Of a stretch of DNA of 64,000 nt, positions 56,353 to 64,000 are shown piece after piece. Where the stretch lies: positions 124,001 to 188,000 of the forward strand of contig JAQGDQ010000309.1 in the NCBI GenBank assembly GCA_030141605.1, read 5' to 3'. The notes beneath the pieces are model-generated. The model ran no database searches. It was not told the DNA's origin and was given only the letters and a program-made list of their open reading frames with translations. The number at the start of each line of letters is the position of its first letter. The first letter of the stretch is position 1. A program made the position numbers and the translations under genes. Origin of the DNA: Tubiluchus corallicola (taxonomy: Eukaryota; Animalia; Priapulida).

Positions 56353-57089
56353 TTCATTATTCTATTGATAAACTTGACATGCTTCAGCACAGAAGTGCCA
56401 TGAGTGTAGCTGACATCAGCTTTAGTTACGTCCAACATCCTACATACGACTTAGTTAAAGCAGATGAAAAGAATAAACAAAAAAACTAATAGGTGAATTA
56501 ACAAAATAATGTTGATGATGACGACAATGATGGCGATATTAACAATGACAGCTAAATAATGGTTATAATGGTGACGATCATGACATATCAGTAATAATAA
56601 AGATAATTGATGCTAACGATAAAGATGATATTGAAGCACCAAGATCGATCGATGAATTAAACAAATTGAACAAATTTTTGAACAGGCACGAGAATCAGTA
56701 TTAAAATAGCGAACGATTCAGTGAGAATTGAGTGATCAGTCGCAATACAGATCAATTAGACTGATAAGAGTCAATGATTGATTTTTTGCTTGCGTTAAAT
56801 ATACTTTCATTATTCTGATCTAGCATTTTGAATTTTTGTATTTTAGGTCTCTCCATAATAATTCTATACCTAACTTATTATATGGTTGACTGTAACAGTT
56901 TTAACAACAAATTTAAGGAAAAAACCGAATTTAAAATAAACATATATTATTACTATTTCATATTATATGTGCTTCATTGCTTTGTTAATACGTGTAAAAT
57001 GTATATGTGTATTAAAAACATACAAAACTTTTACTTTTAAAAGTACTCTTCAATAATTAGCTGTATATCATGTGTCCTATATTCTGAAT

Positions 57090-59569
57090 CTACTGCATGC
57101 TTGGCGCTGTCGTAGAATACCCATAAAGAGGCTGGCCCATGTGCCCTACAGACTGCTCTCCTGCGAACTGTGTTTGTTGTTGAACTTGCATTCCTCGTGT
57201 AGCCAAAACTCCACTTGGTTGGCCAGGTACGTGATATACAACTCCTGGAATACTCCCTGTTCCACAGCAAACTGCCTTGCAGCAAAGAGAAGCAGACAAA
57301 ATAGAGGACAGCATTTCTATACATGCTAATACTATTTGGATCGAAAAAGCAACCTTAACTAATATGATGGCATTGTAAGATGCGCAGCCAATATGACAGT
57401 CACCTGCAGTAGTTAAGTATACACTAGCTACAATTAAAAGGATGCCTGCAAATACGGCAGCAAAAATACTTAACACCATGAAAGAAATGATCAACCATTT
57501 CTTTTTTTGGCCGGTCCCAGCTGCACCGATACCTAAGCCTCCGGCAATAATGAAGAAAATTCCGCACCAAATGCCAGCACCAATGGAGTAATTCGTTATT
57601 ATTAATGCTATTTCCAAGATAAGTGCAACCCAGCCACACACAACCTACAAAAACAGAAACCAACTTTACTTACTAACTAAACTAAATTTATTTCACTAAC
57701 TGGATTCATACCCAAAACTTGTGACACAGCTGACCATTCCTAGGATTTTACTTCTCTGCTAGTTGTAGTGATGGGAATCGATTATCGTTTTATCTATGAA
57801 AAATCGATCTTTTTATCGATTTTCGAATCTATACAAACAAAATTGATTTTTTTGTCTATTATCGAAATGATAAAATAAATGATTATCACCACAGAACATC
57901 GATACAATTAGAGCATCTATACCGAAATCGATGTGTCATTTCAGCGATAATTGTGTGATCTAGCAATAATAAACATATTATTTATATTATTGTGTTATTA
58001 ACTTCAAAACTTGGTAGCATAAATTACATAAAATGATGCTTCGCAGTTTGCACAGTGTAGTACAATGTGTACAATGCTTGTAAAACACTTTTGTAAAGCG
58101 CTTATCGAAATTGAAATCGTATCGCAATTTTTTGCAATATGCTTATCGAGATCGTAAGTTATGTACTTATGTACCGTAAGTTTTGCATCGATTCCCATCA
58201 CTATGCTAGTTAAATATTGTGCAAAGTTGTATGGGAACATATGGGAAGATTTTAGCTAGCTGCAATAACTAGCTCTTAATTAAATTTCTAATTTAATATA
58301 GATTACTAGGAATCATTTTGGTAAATAAACCTATTATTTATTACCAGGCAATAAAAGGCATATTTCAGCCTGAAGGTTAAATGAGCTTAAAAACAACTTT
58401 TGAATTCATTTCAAGTCAGTTAGCACATGCTCAAGCATGAAAAAACATGAACAAGTCTTGCATGAACCAGGTCTAATGCATCTGCAAGAAGGAGCAGTGC
58501 CACCAATTAGTAGATATCAATTTTCCATTCCAGATTTCTTTATTGCTGAAGCTACATTTTATGTTTACAAATCAACTAATTGATCTTGCATGAAATATTG
58601 CAGTCATATCTTGGCTAGCACTCCAGATTTTTCCATAACAAACCTCATTTCATGTCAGTTCTGCAGCTTCCACACATCAAAGGTCAGTTGCTACATTAAA
58701 TCTTCTTCTAAAAATGATGCCCTTAGGATCTATCATCATTTGTTCCCCAAATCCCACTAATTTGTTCATAAAGGCCCACCTCATTTTTCCTGACACTTCG
58801 CCAAGATTACAGATTTGTGAAATATACAGAAGCCAAGTGGTACGGTAGTTGTCAGCCGACCAGACGTTATGGGTTCGAATGTCATTCGAGTCGAGATACT
58901 TCGGATCATGTATAAAACTTGACTACGTGGTACGAAAAGCTGCCAAACAGTGCGCTAATCACCTGTCCTTCTTGGGTACCAAGGCTACGAAAATTGATGC
59001 CCTAAGCACTCACCCCAACGCCATGCCAGTCTGGAATGGGACCTCGAAGAAAATCTCTGAAAACTACAATCTCAGCCAAATGGCAAGAGATATCTCCTTG
59101 CGATTTGTGAATTGTGTTACATTGGAAATGTGTTTTTACTCACATTATTCTACTAAAAACTCTTACATTAAGTGGCTATTAACCTTGTCTGGGATTTGTT
59201 TCTTTTGCCTTAGCTTTATTTATTCAGACCTAAAACAATAAGTCTATATATTGTTTTAATCATAGCAATTGAAACTACCATTTTTAACTCTCAAAATATT
59301 CATACCTGTAGAACAGAAAGAATTTTTGCAAACTTTTCAGCAAACTCTAGTTGCTGAGCAGTTGTCAAATTGGCTTGTGTGAAAGGTGATTGGTTCACTA
59401 TACGTGGATAGTTTGTTGCAAAAGCTCCTTCGGGCGCAATTGCTCTTTGAGGTGCAGAAATTGGAGGAAATACAACTTGTCGAGCATGGCCTGTGGCAGG
59501 TACTGCTTGTGGAGTTGCAGCGGGAGTATACGAAGGCGCTTTCATATCTGTATCTTCTGTGTCATGCAT
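57090..59569 (-). CDS. MS4A: MS4A/CD20-like membrane-spanning 4-domain protein (exons 59569-59306, 57644-57090), ~272 aa
   Basis: Pro/Gln-rich N-tail, then AKILSVLQ|VVCGWVALILEIAL...GAGIWCGIFFIIAGGLGIGA...SFMVLSIFAAVFAGILL...QIVLACIEMLSSILSASLCCKAVCC; four TMs and a Cys-rich post-TM4 motif; GT-AG phase-0 intron. Confidence 0.88.
57766..58203. mobile_element. hAT-type MITE in the MS4A intron
   Basis: 17-bp TIR TAGTGATGGGAATCGAT / ATCGATTCCCATCACTA; TGCTAGTT repeated on both flanks. Confidence 0.85.
58828..59030 (+). mobile_element. Possible tRNA-derived SINE
   Basis: A-box-like AGCCAAGTGG and B-box-like GGTTCGAAT at tRNA-like spacing; no full cloverleaf. Confidence 0.4.
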
Positions 59570-59844
59570 GTGCAGTATGATTCTATGGTGAAATAGTAGC
59601 CTGTTGTAACTGAAAAACAGATAATGTTAATAATTACTTGTTATTTTACTAAAATCACATTTGTAGCACTTGGTTTAGAATCAGCTAACGCACTGTCTAT
59701 TTTTACCTGCTTTACAAAATAAAGCTTACATGACATTACGTACAAAATAACCCTGTTAGAACTACTCAAAATGAAGAATATGAAAAGATACCAACGTGAA
59801 CATTATGAAACAAAGCCCACACAACTGCGCAACAACTTTAGATA

Positions 59845-59907
59845 ACACACACACACAAACACACACACACACAGACAAAAACACAAACACACACACACAG
59901 AGACAGA

Positions 59908-59952
<45 letters not shown>

Positions 59953-59958
59953 GCACAC
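59845..59958. repeat. (CA)n microsatellite
   Basis: Direct observation. Confidence 0.95.
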
Positions 59959-60371
59959 TAAAACAATAATATATATCCAATATAAATTTATCATAAAAAC
60001 TAAAATATATGTTACACAATGAATAATAAATTGCAATATTAATTAATAATTTCAAAACTTACTTACTAAGGCAACACCTTTTCGATTACAAAAATATCTA
60101 CTTCCTTGAGTGATGCTGTTTTCAAACTGATTTCATCTAAACTTGAGTTGCTTGTACGTTTGAAAATAGGTGTAATATCAAAGATCAATATTTTTGAAGT
60201 GCTTTTGCTAGCACAAAATGTGTATGACTAAATTTCTGTCAACTGAGACCCTTTGTAATGTTTGCTAGAAGAATATCTTTGCTTTAACCTGACTCAGCTT
60301 TATGAATATTCTAGTTGTTTAGTCACGTAACTATATGATGTCGTGCATCTTCATTGTGTGCTTTGTAATAT

Positions 60372-60664
60372 TCTAACAAACTACACACTCATGCGTAAGC
60401 ACACAAGTAAATTTGAATTTTGAATTTTTATCTTAAAACTTGCATAGTTTCGCAAACAAGATTAAAACGCTCGTAGAATATTTTTGCTGTTGAAAATTGT
60501 TACTTTGTGATATCGTCAATAGCTGGGCTCGCCGGCCCTTAAATAAGCTTTTAATCTATTGTTTTTGTTGTTAGAAACGATTTCGCAGTACTAATTTGTT
60601 AAAATGTATACTTTTTGTCAGACTTGAAAATGGGGAAGTATATGAAAAATCATCCTATCTTCCT
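60372..60664 (+). mobile_element. Kolobok-type MITE, right-end fragment
   Basis: Matches the 3' half of 37118-37738 and ends CCTATCTTCCT|TTAA. Confidence 0.75.
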
Positions 60665-61296
60665 TTAATAATTATTTCAGAAAGATAAAAGAAATACCAC
60701 GCCTTCTGGAAGTTATTTCAATGCCCGCAAAAAATGTTAGAAGGATTTAATAATAAAAGTGTGTAATTAGTAAAATCACTTCAAAATCGCGATTAATTCA
60801 TGTCTACTTTCAATTCCAAATTGTTACATTGCTAGAACGTTAGAATGCGTGTAAGCTCGTGTCAGTACCTAAACCAACGACTTATCCCCTGCAGTTCACT
60901 AAAGAATTAAAGACAGTAAAAAACGAAAACTTCCTCGGCATTGAACCTAGGTTACTCACACGAAAACCGGATACAGTTCCCCTACACCAAAGAAGTATGA
61001 ATGTGAATTAAAATGTCATTTTTGCACTCACATGCCAAAATGACTGTGCCTTATCCGGTTTCTTACTGTTGCTTGACGTACTTTATCGTACTTGTAAACA
61101 ATTAAGCGATATAAATTTTCAGAAACAGCATGTAAACTAGTAATAAAAAGTTAGCTGTTTATACGCCCAAACCAATATCAACAAAAACGGCAATACGGCT
61201 TTAATTTGGTGCGATAAATTTGAAATAAATTTATTTTATAAAGTACAAAGANNTCGAAAAGAAGAAGAAATTTCAGACATTTAGTGATAAAATAAA

Positions 61297-64000
61297 GCTC
61301 AAGTTACGTACAATACATATTTTGGAGTAAAATTTAAAAAAGGCAAATGTGCATGTCACCGTCGTTTATTGTATTATACGAGTGAGCCTATTGAAAAAGT
61401 ATGGCTTATATTGTCGTGTCCCCATCTTGTGTGAGGTGCATCAACTGTGTATTGTTGTTGGTTGTCAACTACTCTAATAGAACAGTTGCACACTGGTCGT
61501 TCGTTTGCACCATTTAATATTGTGTCGTATAACAATCATTGTGTAATAGCAAGAAGCCAAATAAACATCATAATTAAATCTCCATTGTGCTCAGTTTTTT
61601 AGTTAAAGTTTGTTAGTAAATCTATCGGGTGGCGCAAAAAAGTACCGAAGTTTCGACTGCAATTATAGTATTAGAAGCAAGTGCCCTGCAAAACTGAAGT
61701 TTCACAGCATGCTATTGCAATACATTAGCCTTTGGCTGTGAACGTAACGAGTATTTAGGTTTAGCAGTTTTCAAGTTATGGCCGAAAGCTTTTGTACGTT
61801 AAAAAATTAAATGCCTGAACAATGTTCACTTAATCACCAATTGAAAAACGGTAAAGCATTGATAAATGGCATGGATGAAAATGGAGTGTAATCCCCTGGA
61901 TTAAGAATCTGGATTTGCTGAAAAACAAAGTGTTCCAAGGCCACACAGAATTGTTTGTTACTGACAAACTAAAGGCACAAATTGTTGAGTTCTAGAATCA
62001 AGTTACCCCTTAAAGGATGATTTTCCACAACGTAAGTCAATCAAAAATATGTTACGAACACACAAATAATTAATATTATCAAAGTCCACAGGCCAACTGT
62101 ACAATATAGAGGCGTAAAAGAGCCAAAGATGAAATACAGAATACTAACCCGTTGAGGTTATTGGATGCCACTCTTCTTAAACTGCTGAAGATGGGAGAGG
62201 TCGGGTGTGGGCTAACAACCCATACCCGCAAGAAGCATGGCACTGGAGTGTCACGGCCTTATACGCCTCCTGGTGTGGAAAGTAACAGGATAATTGAAGC
62301 AGAAAAATGACAGATTTTGCTCATAAATTACTTTCTCTTTTTCTGTTTCTTATACAAACTGACAATTATATGAATATGCGGAATTCGATTGTAGAAAACA
62401 GAAAACATAGATTACTATCACAAAGGGGTAATACATCAAATTTTTACTGTACAAAATAACGATGTTGTATGTAAAATATTACTATCATTATTATTATTGT
62501 GTGAAATTGTGTGTCTAGTTCTACCAAAGGTCTTTTCAAAACGTCAATTTTTTTCACCTTCACTCTTTTTTAAAATATGATTTTCTTATATATTTAATTT
62601 TCATGCAAATAACGATAACATATATAAAGAACTTATCAGGTTTTATAGATAAAAATTATGCTCAATTATTTACCAGACAACTTTAAATCATTATTTAATC
62701 TACCATGCTAATAAGTGCCCAAATTAATCAAACTTTTTGCCAAATAAACTGTAGCTGACTTGATGACTTTTTAGTCAATTCGCCACCTTATTTCGTTGAC
62801 TTTATAATTACTTTATTAACACATTTATTACTCTAATTAGGTTTGTATATTTTTATTACATGTATAATTTTCTGAAATGCTAAAGAGAAAAATAAACTTG
62901 ATTTGATTTGATTTTAATTTACGACAGAGGAACAACAGTGAACGTTAATATCCCTATATCGTAGCTCACTTGCATGTGTATTTAAAGATGTTCTTCATTG
63001 TTACGTACCTTTAGCATTCGATGCTGCTACTTGATTTATAGCATTTGTATTCCTATTTTGTATGCTGTTAAACGTAATTCTCGTTGAAGTGGTATAAAAA
63101 CTAACGAATGTGATATTTTAGATTGATAGATAGATATTTTATTTCTGAAAATCAAATTTTTATTTGAAAATTACAAAATCTATGTGTGCCCGGTGGTTTT
63201 ATCAGTGGGCAGAACTCAGGTAATGATTTTCAGGTTATACTAACCATTTCGTCCAACATGTATGCTGCCCAAGGTATATTCACAGTTACAAAAAGTTATA
63301 TAAAAATGTTTTATATGTTCTACAATATTATATATACAATGTTACACAGTTATGGCAAAATCTATGCATATCATTTAAAATTTTAAATATAATAATATTA
63401 GGCCTATCCTCCGTAACTGCAGAGAGATCTACAGTAATGATAACTAAGTATAAACGAAGTTATAGTGTTAGCCAGAGTTGTAATAATAAGTAACAGTGAT
63501 AGCAATATGCCAGTTGGTTCGTTAAATTTTAACATGGTTGCCGTTTCAGGTTTTGGCTAGTAAAGTCTCTTGCGTAAGAACATTTCAAGTCGTGTGAAAA
63601 TTTCTAACACTTTACGTTACTTAAAGGGGTGGGTAGCAAAATATCAGATAAGTACCACATCAATAATAATTATCAACTGCAGCGGTGACATAACACCGCT
63701 CTCAACGCACCTAAAGTACTGAAGTTGATGTCGTATTACCTTATAATACTCTCTATCAGTAATGAGATTAAACATTCCAACCTCTAAAGGCCAATAAATC
63801 AATAATGTTTACTGTTTTTTGGGAAATTCCGACCTCAAGCACCTAAGTCAGCAGTTTTTATGGGTAACGTTATTATGATGTTTGTCAAACATGGCTTGTG
63901 TTTCAATCAAACGCATGTAAAGCAATTAATAACATGTAAAAACATTTTTTAATTTGTATTTATTTGTTTATCCATTCAGTGTTACGAATAGAATTACAAT
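61297..64000 (+). repeat. Segmental duplication, copy 2 (runs off the window)
   Basis: Colinear with 53283-56352 up to the last base of the window. Confidence 0.93.

Overview
AT-rich, intron-containing animal genomic DNA. The 5S-like sequence and gene content suggest an invertebrate, probably a lophotrochozoan. Most long ORFs in the track are microsatellite artefacts; the real genes are spliced. Reconstructed by hand: (i) a complete 13-exon SLC13/Indy-family Na+/carboxylate transporter (+, 36047-52888, ~613 aa); (ii) a 2-coding-exon MS4A/CD20-like tetraspan gene (-, 57090-59569) and a truncated paralog (+, 8179-10927); (iii) the last two exons of a QPD/WND C-type lectin (-, 12031-12750); (iv) a secreted Thr-rich/TSP1-like gene (-, 23086-23820); (v) decayed mucin, lectin-like and PAN exons, and the 3' end of an unknown gene (1328-2112). 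Intergenic and intronic DNA is full of small mobile elements: hAT, piggyBac, Kolobok-type and Tc1/mariner MITEs, LINE fragments, LTRs and a 5S-rRNA-derived SINE in three copies. The most notable signals are RNA-level: a twister-ribozyme motif at the 5' end of a ~480-bp bipartite RTE-derived retroposon with a TSD, three hammerhead-like loci, a recurring 5'-junction signature in the 5S-SINE, and two independent tandem duplications of 5' splice sites in the SLC13 gene. A ~3-kb segmental duplication (53283-56352 / 61297-64000) predicts another MS4A copy just beyond the window. No database search or folding was run; family assignments come from motif recognition.
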